Assembly (NCBI GenBank): GCA_963843625.1
Contig: CAWJLK010000004.1
Location: forward strand, 30,255 to 94,254
DNA length: 64,000 nt
DNA from: an uncultured Acidobacteriaceae bacterium
GTDB lineage: Bacteria; Acidobacteriota; Terriglobia; Terriglobales; Acidobacteriaceae
Reading direction: 5' to 3'
The first letter of the stretch is position 1. Every line of letters starts with the position of its first letter. Below are positions 41,417 to 54,369 of this stretch, in pieces. The notes beneath the pieces are model-generated. The model did not search any database. It was not told the DNA's origin and worked only from the letters and a program-made list of their open reading frames with translations. Position numbers and translations under genes: made by a program.

Positions 41417-43847
41417 ATGCTGCTCCGGAACACACTCCATGATCTGCGCTACGCGTTGCGCCAGTTGCGCAAGTCGCCGGGCTTCACGCTGACCGCCGTG
41501 CTGACGCTGGCCCTGGGCATCGGCGCCACCACCGCCATCTTCACCGTGGTCTATGCCACGCTGCTGGCGCCGATGCCCTACCCGCAGCCGGACCAGCTGG
41601 TGATGGTCTGGTCCAAGATTCAGGGCGATCGCAACAGCATCGCCGCGCAGGACTTTGTCGACTGGAAGAGCCGAAACACCGTCTTTCAGGACATCACAGC
41701 CTTCACGGGCCAAAGCTTCAACCTGGCCACGAAAGAGCAGCCCGAGTACATAAATGGCGGGGTCAGTTACGCCCGGAATGTATCGGATGATGGGAACACC
41801 TTTCCTCTATGGCCGCGACTTTCTTCCCGAGGAAGGCACGCTCGGCAAAGAGCATGAAGTCATCCTGTTGAACAAGCTCTGGAAGCGACTCGGCTCCGAT
41901 CCCAACATCGTAGGCAAGACTGTGCAACTCGATGGCACCGCCTACACCGTTGTCGGCGTACTAGGACCGGGCCAGCCGGACCGCCTCGATAACTGGCTCG
42001 TTGTGCCGCTTGCATTCAAGCCCGAGCAACTCAATCACGACTTCCACTGGCTGCTTGCCATGGGCCGCCTCAAGCCGGGCGTCACCATCCAGCAGGCGCA
42101 GGCCAATATGGACACAGTGACAGCCGACATTGCCCGTGCCAATCCAAAAAGCAACAAAGGCTGGGGCGCGATCGTTGAGCCGCTGCACAACGACTTTCTT
42201 CCCAAAGAGCGCATTCAAACATTGTGGATACTCCTCGGCGCGGTTGGTTTTGTGCTGCTGATCGCCTGCGTCAACGTGGCGAATTTGCTGCTGGCCAAAG
42301 GCACCACGCGCCAAAAGGAAGTGGCCGTCCGCACCGCTCTCGGCGCCTCGCGCAGAGCCATCTTCGCGCAGTTCCTCACCGAGAATCTGACCCTCGCTCT
42401 GATCGGCGGCGGGCTTGGAGTTGTTCTCGGATGGGCACTCTTGCGCGGAATTGTGGCCATCATGCCGCCGGGAACGCTTCCCACGGAGGCCGACCTTCAA
42501 CTCAATCTCCCCGTTCTGCTCTTCACGCTGGCTGCGTCCACGCTCTCCGGCCTGCTCTTTGGCTGTGCTCCGGCGTGGTCTGCCACACGGGTCGATCCCG
42601 CGGAAGCCCTGAAGGAAGGCGGCCGCTCCGGCACCGGCGCGAGCCGTCATCGCCTTCGCCGCCTGCTGGTGATCGGCGAATTCGCTCTGGCGCTTGCCCT
42701 GCTCACCGGAGCCGGACTCGCCATTCACAGCTTCTGGAATCTCACCCAGGTCGATCTCGGAACCAACACCGTCAATATCCAAACCTTCTCGCTGCCCATT
42801 CCCGACTCGCGCCCCAAAGATCCGGCGCTCATCAACACCTATATCCAGCAGATGATTGCCAGCATCAAGGCCGTTCCCGGCGTTTTGGATGCGGCCGTCT
42901 CCACCGGCCTGCCGCTCCAAGGCACGAATTTTGGAATGGCCTTCACCATCGCAGGCCAGCCGGAATCCGCCGACCCCTCGCAACGGCCCGGCGCAGGCTT
43001 TGATATGGTCACACCCGATTACTTCAAGACCTACAGCATTCCGGTTTTGCGCGGGCGCGCATTCACCGATCAGGACAATGCTGCGTCGGTCCACGTAGCC
43101 ATGGTCAACAAGAAGTTCGTCGACAAATTCTTCGCCGGCAAAGATCCCCTTCAGCAGCGCATCAATGTTGAAGAACTCATCCCTGGCGTCACAAAGCTCG
43201 GCCCTCCGATACCCTGGCAGATCGTCGGTGTCTTCAACAACGTTCGCGCGGGCGGTTTTCGCGATGACTTTCCGGTGATCGCCGTTCCCTTTGCGCAGAG
43301 CCCCTGGCCCGGCGCAAACATCGGCGTTCACACCGCCGGCGATCCGGCCATTCTCTTCCACAGTGTCGCCGCCGCTGTCCATTCCGTAGATCCACAGATT
43401 GCCCTCGCCGAGCCGCGCACTCTTACGGAAATCAAGAACCGAAATCTCGGCGGCGACCGCTTCATCATGACTTTCTTGGGCGCATTCGCTGGCATCGCTT
43501 TGATCCTCGCGGCTGTGGGCATCTACGGCGTCGTGGCGTTCACAGTTGCCCAGCGCGAACACGAGATCGGTCTGCGTATGGCGCTCGGCGCGAGCCGGGG
43601 CAACGTGGTGAGCTTGATTCTCAAGGAGGCCATGACTCTGGCATCAGTCGGGCTGAGCCTGGGCCTCATCGGCGCTTATCTTGTGGGCCGCGCGATGCAC
43701 AGCACCTTTTACGGGATTGCATCCATCGATTTTGCCGCCGTCTTTGTTGTCGCTCTTGTCCTATTGAGTGCGGCTTTGCTGGCCAGTTGGCTGCCTGCGC
43801 GTCGCGCCTCGGCCATAGAACCTATGCAGGCGTTGCGAACCGAATAA
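41417..43847 (+). CDS. ADOP-type duplicated MacB/FtsX ABC permease 1; frameshift near 41757
   Basis: DLRYALRQLRKSPGF, LLIACVNVANLLL, E.AVR.ALGA, GIYGVVA, EIGLRMALGA, EPMQALRTE. Confidence 0.92.
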
Positions 43848-43879
43848 CTTGTAACTCACGGCGTCGAGGAGACCGAAGA

Positions 43880-46318
43880 ATGAACACGCTGCTTCAAGAC
43901 CTCCACTATGCTTTTCGGCAGTTGCGCAAGGCTCCCGGCTTCGCTGCCTTGGCTGTGGGTACGCTGGCCTTGGGCATCGCCGCCAACAGCACGATCTTCA
44001 GTTGGATCAATTCGACGTTGTTCAATCCCATCCCCGGCGTGCGCAGCACAGGCAATATGCTGACGCTGCAGCGCGGAGAACGAAGCGAGCATGCCAGCCC
44101 GCCCTTCTCTTACATGGATTATGTGGACCTGCGCGACGGCACAAAGACCCTGAGTGGCCTGCTCGCCTATCACGACGACTATATGGCCCTCACCGGGGAT
44201 GGAAGACCGCAGCGCATCTATGGCGCGTTGACATCGGCGAATTACTTTGAGGTGCTGGGCGTCAAGCCCATTCTCGGAAGAACGCTTCTTCCATCGCAGG
44301 CAAACGAACATGCCGGCTCGCCGGATGTGGTGCTCGGATACGATCTGTGGCAGAGCAGGTTTGGAGGCGATCCAGCCATCGTTGGCAAGACGATGCAGAT
44401 CAACCTTCACACATACACGATTGTTGGCGTGGCGCCGCGTGGCTTTCAGGGTTGCAAGAGCGGGCTCCGCACCGAACTTTGGATTCCACTTGGCATGGAC
44501 CGGCAACTGTGGGGATCGACGCGCATCGATTACCGCGACGCATCCTGGCTGAATGTGCTGGGAGTCCTTCGCCCAGGCGGCGATCACCGGCAAGTAGAGA
44601 ATGAGTTCAATCTGCTGATGCAGCGCATCTCCGACCGCTACCCGGAGTCGCATCAGGGCAACAACGCGATCAGTACCGATCCGCTGTGGCGCTCGCCCTT
44701 CGGGGCCAATGTCTATCTCTATGGAACGCTGCCGATTCTGCTGGCTCTGGCTGCCGTTCTGCTGCTGCTGGCCTGCGCCAACGTGGCGAATCTGCTGCTG
44801 GTGCGCTCGGTTGCGCGCCGCCGCGAATGGGCCATCCGCCTCTCGATGGGAGCGGGCCGCTGGAGACTGGTCAGGCAGCTGATGGTTGAAAATCTCCTGA
44901 TCGCTCTGGCCGGTGGTGGAGTCGCTCTCGTGATCACTTTCTGGACGGCTCGCACGCTGGGCGACTTTTTGCCGGAGACCACGTTGCCCATCAACGTGAA
45001 TGGCAGCGTCGACGGCACGGTTACGCTGGTTACGATTCTGATTGCAGCTTTCACATCGGTTGTGGCCGGCGCGGTTCCGGCGCTACGGGCTTCGGCGCTC
45101 TCTCCGGCGACGGTGCTCAAGGACGAGGCGCTCAACACCTCGGGCGGTCTGCACAAATCCCGCCTTGCATCGGGACTGGTCGTGATGCAGGTTGCCCTCT
45201 CGCTGACGCTGCTCGTCTGCGCTGGCTTGTTCGTCCGCAGCTTGAATAAGGCGCAGGAAGCGAATCTGGGCTTCGATGCCGATCACGTTTATCTGGCCTC
45301 ATTCGATCTCGATCCGCTGGGGTACTCCAACGCCAAGGCACTCGAACTCGACCGGCAGATTCTCGCGCGGGTCAAGGCACTGCCCGGAGTCGAATCCGCC
45401 ACGCTGGCCGACTTTTCGCCACTTAGTTTCACGATTCACTCCGATGAAGTGATGCCGGAGGGTTACATTCCGCGTCCGCACGAATCGATTGAAGTGGACC
45501 GGGGAATCGTTGGGGCCGGCTATCTAAAGACTCTGCGCACGCCTTTGCTGGCCGGGCGCGACTTCACCGATGCGGACAACGCAGGCGCACAGCCTGTGGC
45601 TATCGTCAATCAGGCATTCGTCAATCGCTACTGGCCAGGCCAAGATGCACTTGGAAAGCGCATTCAGCTCAACAACCGGTGGTACTCCGTGGCCGGCGTG
45701 GCCGCAAACGGCAAGTATCGCCGCCTGACTTATGATGCAGCACCCCTTGTTCTGGTGCCACTGATGCAGCGCTACCAGAACCTTGTGACGCTGCATGTGC
45801 GCGTGAATGGCGACCCGATGGCCTTTGCTTCCCCCATCGACCAGGCGATCCACGAGCTGAGTCCGGACCTCCCTCTGTTCAATGTCACGACTCTCAAGGT
45901 AAATATGCGGATCGGCAACGTCTTTGAGCGTATTGTGGTGATCTTCGCAGGCTCGTTCGGACTGCTGGCCATGCTTCTGGCGGCCGTCGGCATCTATGGC
46001 GTGGTTGCCTACTCGACCAAGCAGCGCACGCACGAGATCGGCATCCGCATGGCGCTGGGCGCGGGACGCGGAGATGTCTTTCGCCAGATTCTGCGGCAAG
46101 GGCTGCGGCTGACTCTCATCGGTCTTGCTGCCGGCCTTGCAGTGTCCTTTGCCTTTACGCGCTTGCTGCGCGGCCTGTTGTTTGGCGTGGGAACTGCCGA
46201 CTGGATGACTTTTGCAATCGTGTCCATCGCGCTGTGCTTCGTCGCACTTGTCGCCTGCTACTTCCCTGCGCGGCGCGCAGCTTCCATCGAACCCATGCAG
46301 GCACTGCGAACCGAATAG
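43880..46318 (+). CDS. ADOP-type ABC permease 2 (intact)
   Basis: DLHYAFRQLRKAPGF, LACANVANLLL, EIGIRMALGA, EPMQALRTE. Confidence 0.93.
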   Translation: MNTLLQDLHYAFRQLRKAPGFAALAVGTLALGIAANSTIFSWINSTLFNPIPGVRSTGNMLTLQRGERSEHASPPFSYMDYVDLRDGTKTLSGLLAYHDDYMALTGDGRPQRIYGALTSANYFEVLGVKPILGRTLLPSQANEHAGSPDVVLGYDLWQSRFGGDPAIVGKTMQINLHTYTIVGVAPRGFQGCKSGLRTELWIPLGMDRQLWGSTRIDYRDASWLNVLGVLRPGGDHRQVENEFNLLMQRISDRYPESHQGNNAISTDPLWRSPFGANVYLYGTLPILLALAAVLLLLACANVANLLLVRSVARRREWAIRLSMGAGRWRLVRQLMVENLLIALAGGGVALVITFWTARTLGDFLPETTLPINVNGSVDGTVTLVTILIAAFTSVVAGAVPALRASALSPATVLKDEALNTSGGLHKSRLASGLVVMQVALSLTLLVCAGLFVRSLNKAQEANLGFDADHVYLASFDLDPLGYSNAKALELDRQILARVKALPGVESATLADFSPLSFTIHSDEVMPEGYIPRPHESIEVDRGIVGAGYLKTLRTPLLAGRDFTDADNAGAQPVAIVNQAFVNRYWPGQDALGKRIQLNNRWYSVAGVAANGKYRRLTYDAAPLVLVPLMQRYQNLVTLHVRVNGDPMAFASPIDQAIHELSPDLPLFNVTTLKVNMRIGNVFERIVVIFAGSFGLLAMLLAAVGIYGVVAYSTKQRTHEIGIRMALGAGRGDVFRQILRQGLRLTLIGLAAGLAVSFAFTRLLRGLLFGVGTADWMTFAIVSIALCFVALVACYFPARRAASIEPMQALRTE

Positions 46319-46336
46319 CGATTCATCGACGGAGAG

Positions 46337-48866
46337 ATGAATATGTACACGCTGCTTCAAGACATTCGCTATGCGTTGCGCCAACTGCGCAAGTCGCCGG
46401 GATTCACGGTCACCGTGATCGTAACGCTGGCCCTCGGCATCGGCGCCAACTCCGCTGTCTTCACGCTCTTCGACCAAGTGCTGCTGCGCATGCTGCCGGT
46501 TGAGCGACCCAAGGAACTGGTGCGTTTTGAGTGGACGGGCACCTTCTCCGGTTCGGCCAGCAGCTTCGGCGGCGATGAGTATGGCTACTTTTCTTATCCG
46601 ATGTACAAAGACCTGCGCGACCAAAACCAGGTTTTCTCGGGCATTCTTGCCGCGGACCGCACTGACGTTGGAGTAAGTTGGCGCAACCAGGCGGAGAGCA
46701 AGAAGGCTGAAGTTGTCACCGGCAACTACTTTCAGCTTCTCGGCTTGAAACCAGCCCTTGGTCGCTTATTCACGCAGCAGGACGACACGGCCAAGAACGC
46801 AAATTTTGTAGTGGTGCTCAGCTACAACTACTGGAAGACTCGATTTGCAGGCGCGCGCGAGGTGGTGGGTCAGACGGTGCTGATCAATGGCCGTCCGTTC
46901 ACCATCCTTGGCGTGGCGCCGGAGAACTTCGATTCCGCGATCGGCGGTTACAGGCCAGGCGTCTTCATCCCCATCAGCATGGTGGAAATCGCCATGCCAT
47001 GGATGGCGCCCCGCGACGACTTGAACAATCACCAGTCCATCTGGCTCACGCTGGTGGCGCGGCTCAAACCGGGCGTAAATCGATCCCGCGGCCGAGGCAA
47101 GCCTTGCGCCGCTCTGGCACTCGCTCCGGGCCTACGAACTCACGCTTTACAAGAGCGCGTCGGCGCGCTTCAAGAAGAACTTCCTCGACAATTCGCACCT
47201 CAAGGTGCTGGACGACTCCACAGGCTTCGCTCCGGAGCGCATGGACTTGAAAACGCCGCTGATCATCCTGATGAGCATGGCCGGACTGCTGGTGGCCATG
47301 TGCGCCATTAACGTGGCAACACTGTTGTTGCTGCGCGCCGCCGGCCGGGCGCGTGAGATGTCGATGCGCTACGCACTGGGCGCAATGCGCGGCCGGGTCG
47401 TTTCGCAGTTGTTAGTCGAGGGTGGATTGCTGGGTATTGCCGGGGCGTGCGGCAGGACTGGTGCTCGCGCCCGTCGTCGCCACCATGCTGGTGCGTGTGA
47501 TGACCAACTCCGACCCCGGCAGCGAGCCTTACTCAACATCCATCGACGCGCGCGTACTGCTCTTCACCCTTGCGATTTCAGTCGTAGTGAGCCTGCTGTT
47601 CAGCGTCGCTCCAGTGCTCCATTTCCTGCGTCCAGATCTGGCCAACGCGTTGCGTCAGAGTACCGGCACCGCATCGAAGGGCTCGCAGCGTTTCCGCAAA
47701 CTGGCCGTGGGCGTGCAGATCGCGCTCAGCGTCATCTTGCTAGGTGGAGCGGGACTGTTCGTGCGCACGCTCGACAATCTTCGCAGTCAGCCGGTCGGAT
47801 TTGAGACCGAGAATCTTTGCACGTTCGGCTCGATCCCACCAGCTCCGGCTATGGCGAAGATCGCACCCCGCAGATTGTCGCCAACGCTATGGACTCCTTG
47901 CGCCGCATTCCCGGCGTTACCTTTGCCTGCCGCTACCACCGACCCGGAACTGAGCGGAGACACCAATGGCTCCAGCTTCACCGTGCAGGGCTACAAGCCT
48001 TCGGAAGATGAAACCATGAACTTCGAGGAGCCGTGGGTCATGACGGACTACTTTGCCACGTTGCGGCAGCCGCTGCTGGCGGGCAGGGAATTCACCTCTT
48101 CCGATGCGCAGGGACAGCCCAAGGTGGCAGTCGTCAACTTATCCTTCGCCAAGCACTATTACGGTTCTGCGCAAGCACGCGCTGGGCCACTCGCTGGCTG
48201 AGGGCGGCGGCAACGAGGCAAAGCTGGACACAACGATCATTGGCGTCGTGGGTGATGTAAAACACCGACCTGCGCACCGACATGAAGGAAGCGGTCTACC
48301 GGCCTTATCTGCAGCAGAAGCACCCCGGAGGCGTCGTAGTTTATACGCGCACCGCGCACGCGCCTGAAGCCGCCAAAGCCGCCATTCGCCAGGCCATTCA
48401 TCAACTGGATCCCACGCTGGTCGTCGACGGCCTGCGCACCATGGATGAGCAGGTGGACACGCGCACTTCGGCTGAGCGCGCGCTGGCGTTTCTCGCGATA
48501 GGCTTTTCGGCGCTGGCGATGCTGCTGGCCGCCGTCGGCCTCTACGGCGTTCTCGCTTACTCCACCGAGCAGCGCACGCGCGAGATCGGCGTACGGCTGG
48601 CGCTCGGTGCGCAGCGCCGAAGCGTTGTCGTTCTTGTGGTGCGCGAGATGGCTATCATCGCTGCCATAGCAACCGTGATTGCGCTGCCTTCCGTGGTGGC
48701 GTTGGCACGGCTGTTCCGCAGCCAACTCTATGGCGTCGCCGCGTTCGACCCCATCACCCTGGCGAGCGCGTTGCTGTTAACCGCAGTCATGGTCACGCTG
48801 GCCGCTGCCCTCCCCGCGAGGCGGGCGGCTTCAGTCGAACCCATGCAGGCATTGAGAACCGAATAG
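46337..48866 (+). CDS. ADOP-type ABC permease 3; several frameshifts
   Basis: ORFs 46337..47311, 47205..47804, 47422..48201 and 48282..48866 carry the same N- and C-terminal motifs. Confidence 0.88.
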
Positions 48867-48904
48867 CTCCAACGCATGATTTCTTTGAGATCGGAGTAAC
48901 ACAC

Positions 48905-49613
48905 ATGATCGAACTGAAGAACGTAGAACGCAGTTACAAGACCGGACCCACCGAAACCTGGGTGTTGCGCCGCATCGGGCTCACCATCAAGGAGGGCGAG
49001 TTTATCACTGTGATGGGACCATCCGGGGCGGGAAAGTCATCGCTGCTGAATGTGCTGGCGTTGCTCGACGACTGCATGGCTGGGCGAGTACTGGTTCGGC
49101 GAAACGGCGGTGCACAAGCTGAATCGCAAGCAGCGCGCCGACCTGGCCCGCCAGCGCATCGGCATGGTCTTTCAGAGCTATCACCTGCTCGACGATCTCA
49201 CCGTCGCCGAGAACATCGACCTGCCGCTGACTTACAAGAACCTGCCTGCGAAAGAGAGGCAAGGAATGGTGGCCGACATTCTCGACCGCTTCCAGATTGT
49301 CGCCAAGAAGGATCTGTATCCCCTCGCAGCTCTCCGGCGGGCAGCAGCAGCTTGGTGGGCATTGCGCGCGCCGTGGTTCACGCGCCGGCGCTGCTGCTGG
49401 CCGACGAGCCTACCGGCAATCTGCACTCCACGCAGGCGCGCGAAATCATGGAGCTGTTTTGCGAGTTGAACCGCGCCGGCACGACGATCGTCCAGGTGAC
49501 GCACTCGGAAGAGAACGCACGCTACGGCCAGCGCATCCTCGAACTGCGCGACGGATGGATGACGCGCGATGAAGCGCTTGCGGCAAGACGCAACGGAGGT
49601 CGGTGCAAGGTGA
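48905..49613 (+). CDS. Second ABC ATP-binding protein; frameshifts, end approximate
   Basis: GPSGAGKSS, GMVFQSY, QLSGGQQQ, LADEPTGNL, VTHS. Confidence 0.88.
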
Positions 49614-51576
49614 ACTGCTCGAAGATAACTCTCTTGAAGCGTACTCAGCTAGCTGGCCGCGACTCTGCTGTTGCAAGCGAACCTCCTGTTGGCTGCCGAA
49701 GCCGCGCCTCGGCGCCTGTCTGTACAGACTCCAGCGCCGCCGGCCGCAACCGCGCAAGCAGCTCGCAGTACAATTCCCTTTGACCAACTGCTGCGTCCCT
49801 CACGCAACCCCTTTGACGCATATCGGGGCAAGGTTGTGTCGCCGCCGGTGCTCACCAACTCGATGCGCATCAATTCACTTATGCGGGACGGCAAGCTCTA
49901 TCTCTCTTTGCGCGATGCCATCAATCTGGCGCTCGAGAACAATCTCGATCTCGTAATTGCACGCTACAATCTGCCCATCGCGCAGATGGATATTCTTCGC
50001 ACCCAGGCAGGCGGCCAGGTGCGCGGCGTCAACACCGGCGTCGTGCAGGGAACGCCCGGCGGCGGCCAGGGCGCTTCCGGTGCAGGCGGCGGTGCAGGAG
50101 GAACGACGGGCGGTGCGGGCGGCGCGGGCGCGGGCGCATCGGGCATCGTTTCGTCTACGCTGGGAACCGGCACCTCGGTTTCGAGTTTCGATCCTGTTCT
50201 TTCAGTGCAAGGAAGCGTAGATCACTCCTCGCAGCAGCTCTCCAACTTTCAGCTCGAAGGGGTGAATGTCTACAAGGTCAACAATATTGCCGGAACAGTC
50301 AGTTTCACCCAGGCCTTCGCCACCGGCGGCAATCTTCAGGTGAGCTGGGTTAACTCCCGTCAAACCTCGAACGGCATCTACGATTTCTTCAGTCCGCAGT
50401 TGAATTCGAAAATGCAAGCGATCATCTCGCAGCCGCTGCTGGCGGGCTTTGGACCGGGTCCCAACCTGCGCTTTCTTCGCATTGCCCGGACCAATCAGAA
50501 GATCTCGGACATCGCCTTCAAAGCCCAGGTGATTGCCACTGTAACGCAGATTTGCGATCTCTATTGGGACTTGGTCAGCGCGTATGACGACGAGCAAGTG
50601 CAAGCGCGCTCAGTGGATTTTGCCACCGAGACCCTGGAGACAAGCCGCAAGCAGCTTGAGCTGCAAGCGATTCCAGAGATGGAGGTGCTGAAGGCGGAGG
50701 GAGAATTGGCCGTGCGCCAGCAGGATCTGACCGTGGCGCGCACCAATCTCGAGTTGCAGGAACTCTACATGAAGAACGCCGATCACACGAAGCTTCGACG
50801 ATCCGACTCTGGAAGAGATGCCGGTTGTGCCTACCGACAGTATCGGCAAGACCGCGGCAAGCTCTCTGGAGCCGGTTCAGCAGATGATCGAACGGGCGCT
50901 CAAGAATCGGACGGAGCTAGCCGAATCGGCACTGGATCTGCAAAATCGCGAACTGAGCCGCAAGACCGCTCGCAACGCGCTGCTGCCCGCGCTGGGCGTT
51001 TATGGCGTGTACGCCGGAACCGGGCTGGCCGGCGAGAAAAGTACGAATTACAAGGCCTCGGGAGTGACCTCCACACTGCCTACCAGTTATGGAGGCGCAC
51101 TGGAGAGCGTCTTTGACAACAGCGCCCCCGAATATCAGGTTGGCCTTCAACTGACCATCCCGCTGCGCAATCGAATCGCCAAGGCCGATCAGTACCGAAC
51201 TGAACTCGAATACCGGCAGTCGCAGGTGTACGCTGAGGAGTTGAAAAAGCGGATTCACATCGAGGTGCGCAACGCGCGTTATGCTCTTGAACAGGGCGCC
51301 AGCCGGGTGGATGCTGCTCGCAAGGCTCGCGACCTGGCGCAACGGACGCTGGAGATCATGCAGAAGGAGCAGAAACTTGGCGCTGGATCGAATCAGCAGA
51401 CCTTGGGGGCCGAACACGACCTCTCCCTGGCCGAGTCGGCGCTGGTGACTGCCGAAACCGCGTACGAGAAGGCGCGAATTGAAGTGAAGCGTGCTACAGG
51501 CTCCATACTTGAGGAGTACGGAATCTCAATCGCCGACGCCAAAGCCGGCACAGTGGAGGCCGATCATTTCCAGTAA
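49610..51576 (+). CDS. TolC-family outer-membrane protein with a Gly-rich insertion; frameshifts, start approximate
   Basis: LSLRDAINLALENNLD, QPLLAGFG, YWDLV, L.IPLRNR.AKAD. Confidence 0.88.
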
Positions 51577-52933
51577 GGAAGAACCAATCAGGATTCTGGT
51601 TGCCGACGATCAACCGCACATCCTCGAGGCCGTCGAGCTGCTGCTGGCGCCGCAGGGAATCCATGTGGATTGCGTCCGCTCGCCGCAGTTGCTGCTGGAG
51701 GCGCTGGGCGAGGCCGACTACGATGTGCTGCTCATCGACCTGAACTACACGCGCGACACTACCTCGGGCAAGGAGGGTCTTGACCTGCTGGCGCGTATCC
51801 GCGACTTTGATGCGCATCTTCCCGTGATCGTGATGACAGCGTGGGGCAACGTCGATCTGGCTGTCGAATGCATCAAACGCGGCGCGCGCGACTTTATTCA
51901 AAAGCCCTGGGAGAACGAGCGGCTGCTTTCGCTGGTTAGGGTCCACGCCGAGCTTCGCCAGGCGCTGCGCCGCGCCCGTCAGCTTGAGATGGAAAACCGC
52001 CTGCTCCGCGCCGAGGGGATGCCGGAGTTTGTGGCCGGGGCGCCAGCCATGCAGCCTGTACTGGAACTGATCGCGCAGGTCGGCCCCTCGGATGCCAACG
52101 TGCTCATCACCGGCGAGCACGGCACCGGCAAGGAGATTGTGGCGAAGCTGCTGCACGCGGCTTCGCCCAGGTCGCGCATGGCGCTGGTTGCGGTCAACGC
52201 AGGAGGATTGCCCGAAGGAACTTTTGAAAGCGAGATCTTCGGACACGTCAAGGGAGCTTTCACCGACGCGCGCACAGATCGCGTGGGCCGCTTTGAATTG
52301 GCCAATGGCGGGACCCTCTTCCTCGATGAGATCGCCAACGTTCCGCTGCGCCAGCAAGCCAAACTGCTGCGCGTGCTTGAAACCGGCGAGCTGGAGCGCG
52401 TGGGTTCGTCGCAGACTCGGCGCGTCGATGTCCGTCTTCTCTCGGCCACCAACGCGGAGTTGCACGAAGAGGCCAAGGCCGGCAACTTTCGCGAAGATCT
52501 GCTTTTCCGGCTCAATACGGTCGAGATCCACCTGCCCGCCCTGCGCGACCGGCGCGAAGACATACCGCTGCTGGCCCAGCACTTTCTCAACCGCAACAAA
52601 GCCCGCTATCGCAAGCAGGTGAACGGCTTCTCACCCGCCGCCATGCAACTGATGATGCAGTATGCGTGGCCGGGCAACGTCAGAGAGTTGGAGCACACTG
52701 TCGAGCGCGCCGTCCTGCTCTGCCGCGGCGAAGAGATCGAACCGGCGAACCTGGCAATCGCAGCGGCGAGGTCCGCGGCCCCGTCGTTTGAAAACATGAG
52801 CATCGACGAGGTTGAGGCGCTGCTCATCCGCAAGATGATGCGGCGCTGCGACGGCAATATCTCACAGGCCGCCGAGGCTCTCGGTCTCAGCCGCGCCGCG
52901 CTTTATCGCCGTATCGAGAAATATGGCCTTTGA
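51491..52933 (+). CDS. Sigma-54-dependent response regulator (NtrC family); true start probably near 51560
   Basis: Receiver ILVADD/DLNY, GEHGTGKE, GAFTDA, LFLDEI, FREDLLFRLN, WPGNVREL, Fis-type HTH. Confidence 0.94.
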   Translation: MLQAPYLRSTESQSPTPKPAQWRPIISSKEEPIRILVADDQPHILEAVELLLAPQGIHVDCVRSPQLLLEALGEADYDVLLIDLNYTRDTTSGKEGLDLLARIRDFDAHLPVIVMTAWGNVDLAVECIKRGARDFIQKPWENERLLSLVRVHAELRQALRRARQLEMENRLLRAEGMPEFVAGAPAMQPVLELIAQVGPSDANVLITGEHGTGKEIVAKLLHAASPRSRMALVAVNAGGLPEGTFESEIFGHVKGAFTDARTDRVGRFELANGGTLFLDEIANVPLRQQAKLLRVLETGELERVGSSQTRRVDVRLLSATNAELHEEAKAGNFREDLLFRLNTVEIHLPALRDRREDIPLLAQHFLNRNKARYRKQVNGFSPAAMQLMMQYAWPGNVRELEHTVERAVLLCRGEEIEPANLAIAAARSAAPSFENMSIDEVEALLIRKMMRRCDGNISQAAEALGLSRAALYRRIEKYGL

Positions 52934-54261
52934 GAATGCTGCGCGCCGCCGCCGCCCGGCTCTTCGCCGGGTGTGGATTTACTGCCTCTTGCTGGCTCTG
53001 CCTGGGCCGGTTTTTGTGGTGACTTCTGTTTTACTGGCAACAAGTCACTCTTGCGCCAGCTCTGCTGATTGGCGTCGTACTCTTGCTCTACTTTGCGATG
53101 GTGGCAGCCGCACTCGGCGAGGCGATTGTTCGCCCTCTGCAGACGCTGTCGAATGTCGTTGCATCGTTGCGCGAGGGCGACTACTCGTTTCGCGCGCATG
53201 GGGCCGGTTCGCAGGACGCGCTCGGCGAGTTAGGCGCCGAAGTCAACAGGCTTGCCGATCTCCTGCAAAATCTCAGGGTGCGGTCGCTCGAAGCCACGGC
53301 TCTGCTCGATCGAATTCTCGAAGTGATGCACGCGCCGCTTTTTGCCTTTGACAGGAATGACCGGCTGCAACTGGTCAACGAGGCCGGCATCGAGCTTCTG
53401 GGGTCCACGCATTCTCGCTCGATTGGCAGCAGCGCGCGTGAGCTTGGATTGGATGGCTTGCTGGCCGCGGCCGACCAGACGATTCACTCCTTCGGCACGA
53501 AGTCCTCGCGCTGGCTGCTTAGGAAGGCGGCCTTCCGTCAGGAGGGCGTGCCGCACACGCTGCTGCTGCTGGCCGACGTGAGCCTTTCGCTGCAGGAAGA
53601 GGAACAGAGATCGTGGAAGCGGCTCATCCGTGTTCTTGGCCATGAGCTCTCAAACTCTCTTGCACCCATCAAGTCGATCGCGGGCAGCCTGCTTGCGCGG
53701 GCAGAGAGTATTCCAGGCGACGACACCGTGATACGCGATTTCCGCCGCGGTCTTGGTGTAATCGAGAGCCGAGCCGACGCATTGCATCGTTTCGTCCAGT
53801 CCTATCGCCAGCTCGCCCAGTTGCCCCCGCCGCAGCTTAGGCAGGTCTCGCTCGCACCGCTGCTGGAACGGGTCGCCCTCCTCGAGCAGCGCCTCAAAGT
53901 TCAGCTTGATCCTGGCCCGGCGGTTGTGCTTCAGGCCGATTCCGACCAGTTGGAGCAGATGTTCATCAACCTGCTGGCCAACGCCGTCGATGCGTCGCTT
54001 GCCAATAGAGCGCAACCGGTGCGCGTAAGCTGGCGGGTGGGCGATTCGTTCGTTTCGATCACCATTGAAGACCGGGGCCTGGGAATCGCAAATGCCGAGA
54101 ATCTCTTTGTTCCGTTTTACACAACCAAGCCGACGGGCAGCGGCGTAGGCCTGGCGCTGGCCCAACAGATCGCGCGCGCACACGGCGGCGAGATCGCCCT
54201 GGTCAACCGCGAGGACGGCGAGGGCGCTCGCGCCGCAGTACGCCTGCCTGTAACGCGGTGA
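52923..54261 (+). CDS. Sensor histidine kinase (NtrY-like); frameshifts at the 5' end
   Basis: HAMP, PAS-like region, HELSNSLAPI, NLLANA, DRGLG, FVPFYTTK, GSGVGL. Confidence 0.9.
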
Positions 54262-54369
54262 TCGAGCGTCAGGAACGCCATAACCCCGACAAAAACACAC
54301 TCGGCCGCACCGGGTGACTCGATGCGGCCAACTGTGAGTGCGTTTCTCGTGTTACGAGATCGGGGACTA

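Noticed and set aside
41961-43562. 533-aa minus-strand ORF and similar ones opposite the ADOP genes
   Set aside because: Antisense shadows of the permeases.
50060-50140. Gly/Ala-rich low-complexity run in TolC as a separate repeat element
   Set aside because: In-frame flexible loop, not an independent element.
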